The notes below the pieces were generated by a model. It was not told where the DNA came from, made no database searches, and saw only the letters and a list, made by a program, of their open reading frames with translations. The position numbers were made by a program, and so were the translations under genes. A stretch of 64,000 bases of DNA from NCBI GenBank assembly GCA_037132075.1, contig JBAXPV010000007.1, forward strand, positions 1 to 64,000, given 5' to 3'. The DNA is from Bacteroidota bacterium (lineage in GTDB: Bacteria > Bacteroidota > Bacteroidia > Bacteroidales > CAIXZF01). The first letter of the stretch is position 1. Each line of letters opens with the position of its first letter. Shown piece after piece: positions 48,939-59,538 of this stretch.

Positions 48939-51788
48939 TTATTGGACAGTAAGTTTCGTTTTCCAGGTCGTGCCCGGCAACTCTAATTCTATCAGGTACA
49001 TTCCTTTCGCCAGGTCCCCGATAAATACCTCTTCGGATTCTTTGCTGGCCGACAGTTTAATTTCTTTTGCGAGCATTCCGTTCAGGGTCCTGAAGTAAAT
49101 TGTTTTTTTTGAACCGAGATAGCCGGTAGTTTCGACCGTGATGGCATCAGAGGCCGGGTTGGGAAAGACTTTGATTTGCTTGATTTTCTGAGGAATTGTA
49201 TCAATAATTTTTTCGGTGAATTTATACCAATTCATGTTAAATTCAGGCTGAATGACTTTAACCCTTAAAACAGACGGGCCGACATTCAAGGGTATTTCAG
49301 TAAAAATGCTCTGCCAGCTTTGCCAGCCTCCGGTAACAGGAATTACAACATTGACTGAATGAAGGATGATGCCCGAGTCAGAGATTTGTTGAACCTGAAT
49401 CATCCCTGACTGGCTCATACAGGCAATCCGGACCTCCATTTTATAGGTAGCCGTTTTCATCACCTTGACTTTATAATCAAGATAATCACCGGCGTTGGTG
49501 TACGCAATATTTTGCCCGCCACCAAGGTCGGTGGTGTTCTCAAGTTGCAAGCCCTGATTAAAGCTAAAGGCTTCAGCTTCAATCTTTCCGGGGATTGAAA
49601 GTAAAATCGGTAAATTGTTTTTCACGGGAAGATTGAGAAAATCCTGGAGCAAAGTGCCATCTGTGGCAGTCATAGCCCCATTGTTATAGTTTAACAGGAT
49701 GACATCTCCTGAAGTCAATAACTGACTCAAGGTTATGATGACCCGGAACGGGTTTAACGGATCCGGGAGGAGGCTGGAGATGTTCACCGCATTGCCGTTT
49801 ACAAAACAGCTAAACCCTTCTGGTTTTATGGTGGTGTCGACAAGTTTCTTGTTGAATGTGCAATAAATAAGCTGAGTCTCATTGTAGGTTTCGGCTGAAA
49901 GGGCTTTCAGTGCAACATCAGTGATTTTTTTACTCAATGTAAAATTCAGGAAGCCAAAATTCAGACCTCCGACTTCAAATTTCATTTTGAGGCTTTGAAG
50001 TCCTTTGTAAAGGATGACATCATTGATCATCAAATTGCTCCAGAGTTGATTTCCACCTGTTGCAGGAATGACAATTGGTCCGGTAATATCTGCATCGTCT
50101 GCATAGAGGATTATTTTTGAACCGGAAGCAGGGGCAGCGTATCTAAGCTGGATGTTATAGGCAGCAGCAGAATCGACCCTTGTTAAATATGTCATCCATT
50201 CATTGTTTGATGTCCAGCCGACATTATAACCGTTGGAAGCTGTATGTGTATCTAATGATTTCTCAATATCAACGCCATCATTCCGGTAAGTTCCGCCACT
50301 GTTCCAGGTGGTGTATACCCCGGTACTCACGTGGTAGTCAGCAAAATCTTTGTCCCACCAGGCTTTATTCATTCTTCCGAGGTCATAATCTGAGGCATGG
50401 ATAACTCCCGGAATTATATTATTGGAGAAAGCCATGTTAGTAGAGTCATGGACCTGTCTGAACATCGCATCAATGAGATCTTTGCGGTAGGTGTTAGTGG
50501 AAATATTAGCGTTGGATGCCATCTGCATCAGTGTATAGGCAGCAAATCCTGCATTAGGAGCGGTTCCCCCGTTTTCCCAATAGTCAAGTAAGGACTGGTA
50601 TTCCGGAGTTTTCCTGATGGTGAGCGGGCAAACCACGGAATTGATTTTTTTCAATGGCCACCAGGCCCAGCCAATTTTATTTTTCTCTGCCAAACTGATT
50701 GCGTCGGTAAACCATGCATTTGAATTTTCCCCGGATTCTCCCAGCCATATGGGTACATTATACTGGTTTCTCAGGTTGATAATTCCCTGGATAGAGCCCT
50801 GGTCATTGGTCGACCAATATTTATGAAAACTCAGAGCCATATTGGCATCCCATAAGGGAAACATACCGTTGTAGTTGTTTCCCCAGCAATTCCCCTCGAT
50901 AATGATCATATGAGTTGAGTCCACCTGGCGGATTGCATTCGTAAGGTTAATATAGAGTTGACGCAGGGGGGCATTGGAGTTTTCAGAGCATCCGTTTGGA
51001 TTGCCTCCGGATGTAAAGCTCCAGTTCGGTTCATTGATCAGGTCATAACCACCGACCCAGGGTTCGTTAGCATAACGCTGGGCAAGTTTTACCCATAGGG
51101 CAATTGTCTTTTGTTTGTTAACATCACTTTCCCAAAGCGAAGGTTTTGCAGGGTTTCCATCGCAGATGGCATAGTCTTTTCCCTGGCCTCCGGGGGCCGC
51201 ATGTAAATCGAGGATGACATAGATGTGATTTGCGGAGCACCATTTCACAAGACTATCGGTAAGTGCAAATCCCTTGGTGAGCCAGGTCTGGGTTCCGGGA
51301 ATAGCTTCGTCTTCAATAGGCAATGTGAATAAGTTATAATGCATGGGAAGCCTGACAGAGTTGAATCCCCAGGAAGCCAGGGAATCAATATCTCTTTTCG
51401 TCATATGGTTGGCAAGCCAGGCATCATAAAATGTATTGGTATTGGCCGGGCCAATGAGATCCTGAATCTTTTGCTTTATTTGCCATTGAGCACTGGCAAA
51501 ACTGCTCATTTCCATCATATAAGGCTCCTGGAGCATCCATCCGCCAAGGCCCATACCTCTCAGGATGACCTCATTTCCGTTCTGGTCAACGATTTTCTTT
51601 CCGCTCTGTCTCAGACCCTGAGCATTAGAACTGATGGCTATCATGAGAATCGCTATCAGTAACAGGAATGTCTTTTGTAAAAAAGATTCACCGCGGAGGC
51701 GGGGAGAACGCAAAGTTTCGCAGAGGGTTTGATTGAACATTATGAATATTATAATAATAAATAAAATTAAAATAATATTCCGAATCAA
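48939..51788 (-). CDS. Glycoside hydrolase family 5 with CBM6-like domains and a T9SS type-A CTD. The 5' end is affected by an inserted palindromic element.
   Basis: LINEPNW (acid/base) and IWLGESGE (nucleophile). C-terminal ...VFPNPASDAITVE...LAKGMYLIELE... sorting domain. The first 41 codons of the track ORF translate an AT-rich palindromic element. The expected signal peptide KTFLLLIAILMIAISSNAQG has no canonical start codon directly upstream. Confidence 0.7.
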   Translation of the reverse strand: MIRNIILILFIIIIFIMFNQTLCETLRSPRLRGESFLQKTFLLLIAILMIAISSNAQGLRQSGKKIVDQNGNEVILRGMGLGGWMLQEPYMMEMSSFASAQWQIKQKIQDLIGPANTNTFYDAWLANHMTKRDIDSLASWGFNSVRLPMHYNLFTLPIEDEAIPGTQTWLTKGFALTDSLVKWCSANHIYVILDLHAAPGGQGKDYAICDGNPAKPSLWESDVNKQKTIALWVKLAQRYANEPWVGGYDLINEPNWSFTSGGNPNGCSENSNAPLRQLYINLTNAIRQVDSTHMIIIEGNCWGNNYNGMFPLWDANMALSFHKYWSTNDQGSIQGIINLRNQYNVPIWLGESGENSNAWFTDAISLAEKNKIGWAWWPLKKINSVVCPLTIRKTPEYQSLLDYWENGGTAPNAGFAAYTLMQMASNANISTNTYRKDLIDAMFRQVHDSTNMAFSNNIIPGVIHASDYDLGRMNKAWWDKDFADYHVSTGVYTTWNSGGTYRNDGVDIEKSLDTHTASNGYNVGWTSNNEWMTYLTRVDSAAAYNIQLRYAAPASGSKIILYADDADITGPIVIPATGGNQLWSNLMINDVILYKGLQSLKMKFEVGGLNFGFLNFTLSKKITDVALKALSAETYNETQLIYCTFNKKLVDTTIKPEGFSCFVNGNAVNISSLLPDPLNPFRVIITLSQLLTSGDVILLNYNNGAMTATDGTLLQDFLNLPVKNNLPILLSIPGKIEAEAFSFNQGLQLENTTDLGGGQNIAYTNAGDYLDYKVKVMKTATYKMEVRIACMSQSGMIQVQQISDSGIILHSVNVVIPVTGGWQSWQSIFTEIPLNVGPSVLRVKVIQPEFNMNWYKFTEKIIDTIPQKIKQIKVFPNPASDAITVETTGYLGSKKTIYFRTLNGMLAKEIKLSASKESEEVFIGDLAKGMYLIELELPGTTWKTKLTVQ

Positions 51789-51858
51789 ATCAAAATAAAT
51801 CGGTTCTCTAACATTCTCTCTGCGGAACTCCGCGTTCTCCGTTTCTCAGCGGTGAGTC
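51686..51858. repeat. About 170-bp imperfect palindromic element (about 55-bp inverted arms around an AT-rich core) between susD and the GH5 gene
   Basis: Left arm gattcaccgcggaggcggggagaacgcaaagtttcgcagagggtttgattgaacat. Reverse complement of the right arm is gactcaccgctgagaaacggagaacgcggagttccgcagagagaatgttagagaacc. Confidence 0.45.
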
Positions 51859-51864
51859 TTAAAA

Positions 51865-53364
51865 TCAATAATTCGGATTTTGTTTCAGTTTTGTATTGTT
51901 AAGCTCGGTTAATGGAATTGGAAGGATCTCATTTTTACCGGTAGTAAATCCATCGGCAGCCAGCACTGTAGCGGCTTTCCCGGTGCGAACGAGGTCAAAC
52001 CAGCGATGTCCTTCTGTTGCCAGTTCCAGCCTGCGTTCCTTGTAAATATTGTCAAGGGTGGCCGGAATTGATGGAAGCCCAACACGGGCACGAACCTGAT
52101 CGAGGTAGTACTGTGCTTTGGTAATATCTCCACCGGCACGAACCAAAGCCTCTGATTCCAGCAAGTAGGTGTCAGCAAGGCGGATTTCTATATCATTGTT
52201 GGGGTAGTTTAACATCGGGTCGCCTCCAATGGAAGAATAGAACTCCTGAAGCGGTGCAAACTTGGCGACGAAATAACCGGTATTCTGGAAGCCTTTTTCA
52301 TAGTTGGCAACGCCTGCAGTTTTCAGACTATCCACATTAACGATAGTGTATTTGTATCTCGGGTCATTTTTCATCAAATTAACAAGATCCATTGTTACGG
52401 GTGTAAATCCCCAGCCTGCTACATAGGTAATGCCAGTATAAGCCCGTGGGCCACACATTTGGGTGTAAATATTACCTTCGACATTAGGCCATAGTTCCCA
52501 TCCGTTCAATCCCTGGGCAGTATGTACGACCTCAAAAATTGATTCAGCATTGAATTTATTGTCGGCTCGGAAGACCATACCATAATCTGCAAGCAAATGA
52601 TATTCCGTTGCTGTGTTTACTGATTCAAAAAGGTCGGCAGCTTCCTGCATACGGCTTTCGTTGTTTTGGGTTAAGATTACTTTTCCCAGTAGCGCTTTGG
52701 CAGCCATTTTTGTAGCACGTCCATTTTCGTCAACAATGACAGATTGCGGAAGATCAGTGATTGCCTCGTTCAGGTCTTTTTCTATCTGGGCCCATACATC
52801 TTCAGGTTTGGCCTGGGTTGCAGTAAAGAATTCACTGGGTTCAAGAGGTTTGGTAAACAGGGGAACATTTTTGAATAAGCGAACAAGGTCAAAATAGAAA
52901 TATGCCCGCAAGAACTTACACTCTGCGGTATAGCGTGCTTTAAGTTCATCACTCAAGCCCGGAACTCCATTGATTTTTGTGAGGAGCAGGTTGGAACGGT
53001 AAATGCCAGTGTAGTTCCTCCCCCATAAATCGATCTGAGGGCCCGTGGCAGCATCGATGGTATAGTTATCCCAGGCCACCCATTCGATCCTGTCAGTGGA
53101 ACTGCCTCCACCTGCAAAACAGTCATCAGAGGCAGCGTTGAGCAGTCCGACTCTGGGAGCATAGGATTTTCCTAACGCCAGACCCAGAGGATCATAGCAG
53201 GCAACCAGGCCATTTAATGCCTCCTGGGGGTTTTTATAATAATTTGTTTCCAGGGCAGTTCCAATCGGGTCAACTTCAAGGAAACTCTTTGAACATGAAT
53301 TTAACAGCAGTACTGCTATCAGTGTCAATCCTAAATGTATGTTTATCTTTTTCATGGTTTTCAT
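51865..53364 (-). CDS. SusD/RagB-family nutrient-binding outer-membrane lipoprotein
   Basis: Lipoprotein signal (LLNSCSK), TPR-like SusD N-terminus (FLEVDP...YY.NP.EALNG) and C-terminal RW.DL.R.G motif. Confidence 0.9.
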   Translation of the reverse strand: MKTMKKINIHLGLTLIAVLLLNSCSKSFLEVDPIGTALETNYYKNPQEALNGLVACYDPLGLALGKSYAPRVGLLNAASDDCFAGGGSSTDRIEWVAWDNYTIDAATGPQIDLWGRNYTGIYRSNLLLTKINGVPGLSDELKARYTAECKFLRAYFYFDLVRLFKNVPLFTKPLEPSEFFTATQAKPEDVWAQIEKDLNEAITDLPQSVIVDENGRATKMAAKALLGKVILTQNNESRMQEAADLFESVNTATEYHLLADYGMVFRADNKFNAESIFEVVHTAQGLNGWELWPNVEGNIYTQMCGPRAYTGITYVAGWGFTPVTMDLVNLMKNDPRYKYTIVNVDSLKTAGVANYEKGFQNTGYFVAKFAPLQEFYSSIGGDPMLNYPNNDIEIRLADTYLLESEALVRAGGDITKAQYYLDQVRARVGLPSIPATLDNIYKERRLELATEGHRWFDLVRTGKAATVLAADGFTTGKNEILPIPLTELNNTKLKQNPNY

Positions 53365-53374
53365 TTTTTAGGGC

Positions 53375-56300
53375 TTAAAAAGTAACGCTTAATCCGGCCA
53401 TAAACGATTTGGCTTGTGGGTAAACGCCACGGTCGATACCAAAACTACTTCCGCCGATTTCCGGGTCATATCCCTTGTATTTTGTGAAAGTCAGTGGGTT
53501 ATTGGTGCTTATATAAATACGGAGACTTTGCATGCCAAATTTCTTGATAAGGTCTTTTGGCAAGGTATATCCAAGCTGTATTGTTTTAACCCTTAAGTAA
53601 GAACCATCGGTTAAAAAGAAAGTGGATGGGTTACTGAAGTTTTTGTTGGGATCGCCGAGGACCAGTCGTGGGTAATCGGACGAAGTGTTAATTCCGTGCC
53701 AACGGCCCAGGGCATCCGTAGTCCAGTTTGCAGAAGGCATGTCAAGACGGCGTAATCCGTTAAAGACATCATTCCCTGCGACACCCTGGCAAAACAATAC
53801 AAGGTCAAGTCCTTTCCAGGCGGCATTAATAGTAAACCCAAATGACCATGTCGGGGTAGGATCTCCAATAAAAGTACGGTCATTGGCATCGATTTTACCA
53901 TCGCCGTTCAAATCAGCCCATTTAAAATCACCAGGTTTGGCATTGGGCTGAATCATGTTGCCATTTTTATCAACATAATGCTGTACCTGCGACATAGATT
54001 GGAAAATGTCCAGGACCTCAAAGCCATAAAAAGACCCGATGGGATGGCCAACTTGCAAACGGCTGATTTCATAACTGCTTGATTGGAAACTTGCTCCGGT
54101 GATATAGTCCACTGTACCCAGGTCAGTGATTTCATTTTTCAGGTAAGAGACATTACCGCTGACACCAAGATCGAAATCACCAAGTTTGGTTTTATACCCG
54201 AGTTCAATTTCAACACCTTTGTTTGACATGGAGCCAACATTCCCGGTTGGATACCCTGCAGTACCTACATAAGCAGGCAAAACGACATCCTGGAGCATTC
54301 CTGTGGTTTTTTTATTGTACCAATCGAATACAAGGGTGAGACTTTCGAAAAATGTTGCCTCAAACCCAAGATTTAACTGGCTGGTTTGTTCCCACTTCAG
54401 ATCAGGATTGGATGGGGCATTGGGGCTATACCCAATGGTATAGATATCCTGGCCAAAAGTGTAGTTTCTGCCTCCGCCAACGGTAGCCAGGTAGCGGAAA
54501 TCACCGATATTGTCATTGCCGTTTACGCCGTAAGAACCGCGAATCTTGGCAAATGTGACGACATTGTTTCTTGGCCAGAAGTCTTCCCTTGAAGTTACCC
54601 ATCCCAAAGAAGCAGAAGGGAACATCCCGTATTGGTTGTTGCTGCCGAAGCGAGAGGATCCATCACGACGAACGATCCCTGTAAACAAATACTTTTCGTC
54701 ATAGTTATAAATCACACGGGCAAAAGTTGAAGCCACCTTATGAGCTGCTGATTCCCAGCCACCACCAACACGATCTGTAGCAATAACGCTATAATTCATG
54801 GAAGCTTCATCAAATGTGGTCACAGGTAAATTTTTATAAACAGCATTTACTCCGGATGCATGTTCATAAAATGCACTCATCCCTAATAACACCGTTAAAT
54901 TATGTTTTTCAACAATTTTATTGTAGGCGGCTGTATTTTCCCAGTTCCACATCAAGACCTGGTTGTTGGCCCGGTAATAGGAGTTTATGGCTGTATAAGT
55001 CGAAGCATTTAACCAGGAAACAGGAGTAAAACTTTCATCTCCGTAAAACGCCAGTTTTGAACCAATGTCAGACCGTAATTTCAAACCTTTGATAGGCTCA
55101 ATTTCTGCGAAAATGTTCCCGATAAGAGCATCAGACCATCCATAGTTTCCTTGTCTGGTTTTAATGTAAGCCAATGGATTGGTCATTTCCTGTCCTACGT
55201 ATTTTGATATGGCATAAGGGTTGCCATTTTCATCTCTGATTACAGGATGATCGATATAGGGTGACGTATCAGCCACTGCCGGATCTGTAATGATCACCGG
55301 AGTGATCGGGTCGAGGTTGATGGCAGAGGAGAGTGGTCCGCCAAATTCACTGTTGGTATTGAGTGAACCCTGGCTCTTGATGTGTGAATAACCGATATTG
55401 TTTCCAAATCGCAGCCAGTCCTTTAACTTATGTGTTGAGTTAAACCTCAGGTTAAGCCTTTTATAGTTTGAAATTGAAGACGCGACCACACCTTCCTGGT
55501 TATAATATCCCATAGAAGTATAATAGGTCGATTTTTCGTTTCCCCCACTTACACTCAGTTCATAATTTGCAATACCGGCATTGTTGTTAAAAATGGTGCT
55601 TTGCCAGTCAGTTCCGCTACCAAAAGATTCCGGGTTCTGGAAAATTATTGAACCTCCGCCATTAACTGCGGCTTCATTTCTTAACGTTGCATACTGTGTG
55701 GCATTCAGCAGATCCAGTTTTTTTGCTGGTTTCTGAGTTCCGATATAGCTATTAAATGACACCTGAAATCCGCCAGGTCCGGTTGATGTACCTGCTTTTT
55801 TCCCTTTTTTGGTGGTTACGATAATTACACCGCTGGCAGCACGTGTCCCGTAAATAGCGGCTGAAGCAGCATCTTTGAGAACTTCGATGGATTCAATATC
55901 ATCAGAATTCAAATAGTCAATTCCTCCATTATCAACAGGAACACCGTCAACCACGTATAAAGGGTTGCTGTTGTTGATTGTTGTGGTGCCACGGACTCTT
56001 ACTGTTGAGGAAGCGCCCGGCTGACCTGAACTATTCGCAATGGTCAGACCTGTTGTCCTCCCTTGTAATGCCTGCTCAATACGAAGTACGGGCATATGCT
56101 CCAGGTCGCCGGCCTTAACCTGCGAAATTGCACCTGTTACAACACTTTTTTTCTGGACGCCATAGCCAATGACAACAAATTCATTCAGTACAACGGAACT
56201 GGGCTCCAGGACAATTTTCAGGGGAACGCCTGCTTTTGCCGAAACCTCCTGTTTCACATAGCCTACAAATGAAAATATCAAGACGTCTTCAGATTTTGTG

Positions 56301-56533
56301 GATGTCAATTTGAATTTTCCCTGTATGTCAGTTGAAACTCCAATAGTAGTGCCTTTAAATACGACACTGACACCCGGTAAGGTTTCCCCTGTTTTGTCAG
56401 ACACTGTCCCGCTATAATCATAAGTTTTTTGCGCAAACAGCGAGCTGGTTCCAAGTAAGGTAATCAGGGTCAAAAGCAAGAACATACTTCTGATGCTGTT
56501 ACACTTGAAATTACTTGCGTAAGGTTTTTTCAT
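53375..56533 (-). CDS. SusC/RagA-family TonB-dependent outer-membrane transporter
   Basis: Signal peptide, carboxypeptidase-D-like N-domain, plug (DIESIEVLKDAASAAIYGTRAASGVIIVTTKKG) and a 22-strand barrel ending in a terminal F. The start is chosen at ATG 56533 (MKKPYAS...). The track ORF extends to 56596. Confidence 0.9.
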   Translation of the reverse strand: MKKPYASNFKCNSIRSMFLLLTLITLLGTSSLFAQKTYDYSGTVSDKTGETLPGVSVVFKGTTIGVSTDIQGKFKLTSTKSEDVLIFSFVGYVKQEVSAKAGVPLKIVLEPSSVVLNEFVVIGYGVQKKSVVTGAISQVKAGDLEHMPVLRIEQALQGRTTGLTIANSSGQPGASSTVRVRGTTTINNSNPLYVVDGVPVDNGGIDYLNSDDIESIEVLKDAASAAIYGTRAASGVIIVTTKKGKKAGTSTGPGGFQVSFNSYIGTQKPAKKLDLLNATQYATLRNEAAVNGGGSIIFQNPESFGSGTDWQSTIFNNNAGIANYELSVSGGNEKSTYYTSMGYYNQEGVVASSISNYKRLNLRFNSTHKLKDWLRFGNNIGYSHIKSQGSLNTNSEFGGPLSSAINLDPITPVIITDPAVADTSPYIDHPVIRDENGNPYAISKYVGQEMTNPLAYIKTRQGNYGWSDALIGNIFAEIEPIKGLKLRSDIGSKLAFYGDESFTPVSWLNASTYTAINSYYRANNQVLMWNWENTAAYNKIVEKHNLTVLLGMSAFYEHASGVNAVYKNLPVTTFDEASMNYSVIATDRVGGGWESAAHKVASTFARVIYNYDEKYLFTGIVRRDGSSRFGSNNQYGMFPSASLGWVTSREDFWPRNNVVTFAKIRGSYGVNGNDNIGDFRYLATVGGGRNYTFGQDIYTIGYSPNAPSNPDLKWEQTSQLNLGFEATFFESLTLVFDWYNKKTTGMLQDVVLPAYVGTAGYPTGNVGSMSNKGVEIELGYKTKLGDFDLGVSGNVSYLKNEITDLGTVDYITGASFQSSSYEISRLQVGHPIGSFYGFEVLDIFQSMSQVQHYVDKNGNMIQPNAKPGDFKWADLNGDGKIDANDRTFIGDPTPTWSFGFTINAAWKGLDLVLFCQGVAGNDVFNGLRRLDMPSANWTTDALGRWHGINTSSDYPRLVLGDPNKNFSNPSTFFLTDGSYLRVKTIQLGYTLPKDLIKKFGMQSLRIYISTNNPLTFTKYKGYDPEIGGSSFGIDRGVYPQAKSFMAGLSVTF

Positions 56534-56589
56534 GGTTGCTGAATTTTGATTTATATTAATATGAGGGTTATTGGGATTCATTTCTCTTT

Positions 56590-58047
56590 TTACCATACCA
56601 TGGAAACTACAGAAAGTGCTGGAATTGTGTAGTCAAAATTGTGTTTCCCCTGGGATACGCTGAAACTTTTGGAATTGCTTCCATAATTACAAATCACCAT
56701 GGTTTTGGTCCCGTCAGGATTGGTAAAGGCAACTGCCCCTACTTCCGTGAGCCCTGCAGGCAGGCTTAATCCTACTCTAATGGCCCCCGGTCTGACGAAT
56801 TTTGAGAAATGAGCAATTGAATAATATTCTTCGTTAAAACTAACCTGGCTACTGGATGAGTTAATGGTAACCACCCCCCGGCAATTACTGCAGCCATTGT
56901 TGGTTGGCCCGTAATTCTGATCGAGTGCCAGGTTCCAAAGGAGGGCACATTTCGACCAGTTCTGCATCGTGCCGATAAAGATGTTCTTCATGTTCCACAT
57001 CAGGTTGCCACTAAAGTCTGAAGCCCAGGCCCCACCTGAGATCTCTGTGAAATAGAGACCCTTGTCAGGATAAACATTGTGAACCGTACTCATTGCCAAT
57101 ACATCACCGGCATAGGCATGAAAGGCTGATCCAGAGACATATGTTTTTGCAGCAGCATCATTAAGAATTGAGATGGCATAAGCTGTATTGTCCCAGTTAT
57201 GATCGTAAATGATTATTTTACTTTGAATGCCGGCCGCATTGAATATCGGACCCAGGCTGATCTTGATGAAATCAGCCTGCTCTGTTGCTCCCATACTCAT
57301 GCATGGATAGTTTGCCGTGGAATACAAAGGTTCATTCTGAGGTGTGATAGCTGAAATAGTGATTCCCAGCGCCTTCATTTGCTCAATATATCTGACAAAA
57401 TAATATGCATAAACTGCATAGCAGTTTGTTTTCAGTGCTCCGCCTTTCAGGCTGCCATTGGTTTTCATCCAGGCCGGCGGGCTCCAGGGAGAGCCAAGTA
57501 AAGCCACTGATGGGCTTATTTGAGCAATCTCTTTCAGAATCGGGATCACATCAAGGGTATCCTGTGCCAGGCTAAAGTGATCCAGTGGAAAATCAGTTTG
57601 CCCGGCGGGCATGTCGTCGTAAGTAAAATCAGAAAGTGAGAAATCGGAAGCCCCAATTGTTAACCTGAGAAAGGAAATCCCGGCGCCGTTCACCGTATCA
57701 AATAATTTTAACAGAAGTGTCTGTCTGGCACCTGTACTAAGCTTGCGATTTATTAGATAGGCAGAGGAACCTGTTAATGCAGCACCAAAACCCTCAATTG
57801 TTTGATAATGCATCACAGTATCGATAGTGATCACAGGAAGCCCGGATGTTGGCTGTGAGTGAATCAGGAGATCAGCCCCGCGACTCAATAAAACTGATTT
57901 ATCACCTTTGGTGAGCCAGACCTTTGCCTTACCGCTGTCAGCAGGAGTTTGCGGCTGTGGGTCTGCTTTGTTTTTACTACAGTTGAGCAGACTTAATACA
58001 ATTCCTATTAAAAAGATAGTCTGGAAGTTGAGTCTTTTTTGTTTCAT
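56590..58047 (-). CDS. Glycoside hydrolase family 30 lipoprotein (second copy)
   Basis: Lipoprotein signal (LLNCSK), LLGSPWSPPAWMK and PQNEP blocks. Confidence 0.75.
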   Translation of the reverse strand: MKQKRLNFQTIFLIGIVLSLLNCSKNKADPQPQTPADSGKAKVWLTKGDKSVLLSRGADLLIHSQPTSGLPVITIDTVMHYQTIEGFGAALTGSSAYLINRKLSTGARQTLLLKLFDTVNGAGISFLRLTIGASDFSLSDFTYDDMPAGQTDFPLDHFSLAQDTLDVIPILKEIAQISPSVALLGSPWSPPAWMKTNGSLKGGALKTNCYAVYAYYFVRYIEQMKALGITISAITPQNEPLYSTANYPCMSMGATEQADFIKISLGPIFNAAGIQSKIIIYDHNWDNTAYAISILNDAAAKTYVSGSAFHAYAGDVLAMSTVHNVYPDKGLYFTEISGGAWASDFSGNLMWNMKNIFIGTMQNWSKCALLWNLALDQNYGPTNNGCSNCRGVVTINSSSSQVSFNEEYYSIAHFSKFVRPGAIRVGLSLPAGLTEVGAVAFTNPDGTKTMVICNYGSNSKSFSVSQGKHNFDYTIPALSVVSMVW

Positions 58048-58061
58048 GGGGAATCTCCGGA

Positions 58062-59528
58062 TTAATAACCCGGATTTTGCACCAGTTTCGTATTCTTATC
58101 CAGCTCTGATTGCGGAATAGGCCATACCAGCCGGTTTGTGGTTACATTATAACCTTTGGGAAGTCCATCTGCCCCAACGGCATTCGTCATGACCGGAATC
58201 AACCTCCCGTTACGCTTGAGATCAAACCAGCGGTGAGCCTCAAAAGCAAGTTCAAGCCTTCTTTCTTTTTCGATGGCCAGGCGCATATTTTCAGTCGTTG
58301 TGGCAGTAGTATTTGGGAGAAAAACCCTGGTCCTTACCTGGTTGACAAGAGCAGCAGCTCCGGAAACATCACCCAGTTCGTTCAGTGCTTCTGCCTTCAA
58401 CAGCAGGATGTCAGCCAAACGGAGGAAGATGTAGTTCTGGTCACTGCCTTCAGCAAAGTTCCTGTATTTGTTGATAAAGGGATAATGAGTCTGTGGCCAG
58501 TTGGGATCAGACCAATGTCCTGTGACATCCTCGAAAACAATGGAAGCGTTTTTTCTTAAAGTGTCATGCTCATCATCAAAAGCTTTAACCAGGTCGTTGG
58601 AAGGCAGGTTGAATTTTTTCCAGTCCATCCCCCTGAATATCTTTACACCCCAGTTGCCATCAGAGGATCCCCCTGAATAGTTGATTTCAAAAATGGCTTC
58701 TGTGGAATTCTCATGCAAATTGTCCCACAAATCATTATAATTCGGGACAAGATTATATCCCCCTGCGATAACGGCAGCACAATAATCTCTCACTTTTCCC
58801 CAATCATGTGGTTCCTGTGTGGCATAAACGTTAGCCATCATGGCATTGGCAGCCCCTTTCGTAACATAGCCTTTGTTTACGGCTGTAAGTGGGGAATTGG
58901 CAACAGCGGTGTCAAAATCACTTATAATCTGGCTGTATATCATAACCATCTGAGTTCTCGGCGGGAATAAAATCGGATAAATCTGTTCAAGGTTAGACGC
59001 GCTGATGGAGGTAACTTCCTTGAGCATCAATGGCGCATCTCCCCATAGCTGAACAATCTGGAAATACATGAAAGCCCTGATAAAACAGGCTTCGCCAACG
59101 ATCTCCTTTTTACGCTGAGGGGTCAGAATCGGATCCGGACAATTATATACATTGTTGATGATGGAGTTTGTTTTGCCAATAGTCGAATATAGATAGCCCC
59201 AATCGCGGCTCACATTTTTATTGGTTGCATCAATTTTAAACTCATCAATCTGTATGTTAGCCGGGTTATCACCACCAGCATAAGCATCGTCGGATTGGCC
59301 ATCTCCGTTTACAAAATAGTCAAGCTGGTAATATTCGTTTTTGAAATCGCCATAAGCCCCGCCCAATGCTGCTTCAACTTCATCTGCGGTCTTATACAAT
59401 ACGGAATCGGAACTGTTATTCTGAACGGCAATTCCCTGGGAAACCGGCTTCAGGTCCAGAAATTTCTCGCAGGACTGAAAAGATACCGCAAATACCAAAA
59501 GTGCTGAAATTATATATACTCTTTTCAT
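58062..59528 (-). CDS. SusD/RagB-family lipoprotein (second pair)
   Basis: MKRVYIISALLVFAVSFQSC lipoprotein signal. SusD-like TPR core and RWFDLKRNG C-terminal motif. The start is chosen at 59528. The track ORF starts 21 nt upstream. Confidence 0.9.
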   Translation of the reverse strand: MKRVYIISALLVFAVSFQSCEKFLDLKPVSQGIAVQNNSSDSVLYKTADEVEAALGGAYGDFKNEYYQLDYFVNGDGQSDDAYAGGDNPANIQIDEFKIDATNKNVSRDWGYLYSTIGKTNSIINNVYNCPDPILTPQRKKEIVGEACFIRAFMYFQIVQLWGDAPLMLKEVTSISASNLEQIYPILFPPRTQMVMIYSQIISDFDTAVANSPLTAVNKGYVTKGAANAMMANVYATQEPHDWGKVRDYCAAVIAGGYNLVPNYNDLWDNLHENSTEAIFEINYSGGSSDGNWGVKIFRGMDWKKFNLPSNDLVKAFDDEHDTLRKNASIVFEDVTGHWSDPNWPQTHYPFINKYRNFAEGSDQNYIFLRLADILLLKAEALNELGDVSGAAALVNQVRTRVFLPNTTATTTENMRLAIEKERRLELAFEAHRWFDLKRNGRLIPVMTNAVGADGLPKGYNVTTNRLVWPIPQSELDKNTKLVQNPGY

Positions 59529-59538
59529 AGTAAACATA

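Noticed and set aside
53414-55029. Plus-strand ORFs within susC (53414-53596, 53685-53951, 54386-54592, 54814-55029)
   Set aside because: They are antisense to a full-length SusC with plug and barrel signatures. No support.
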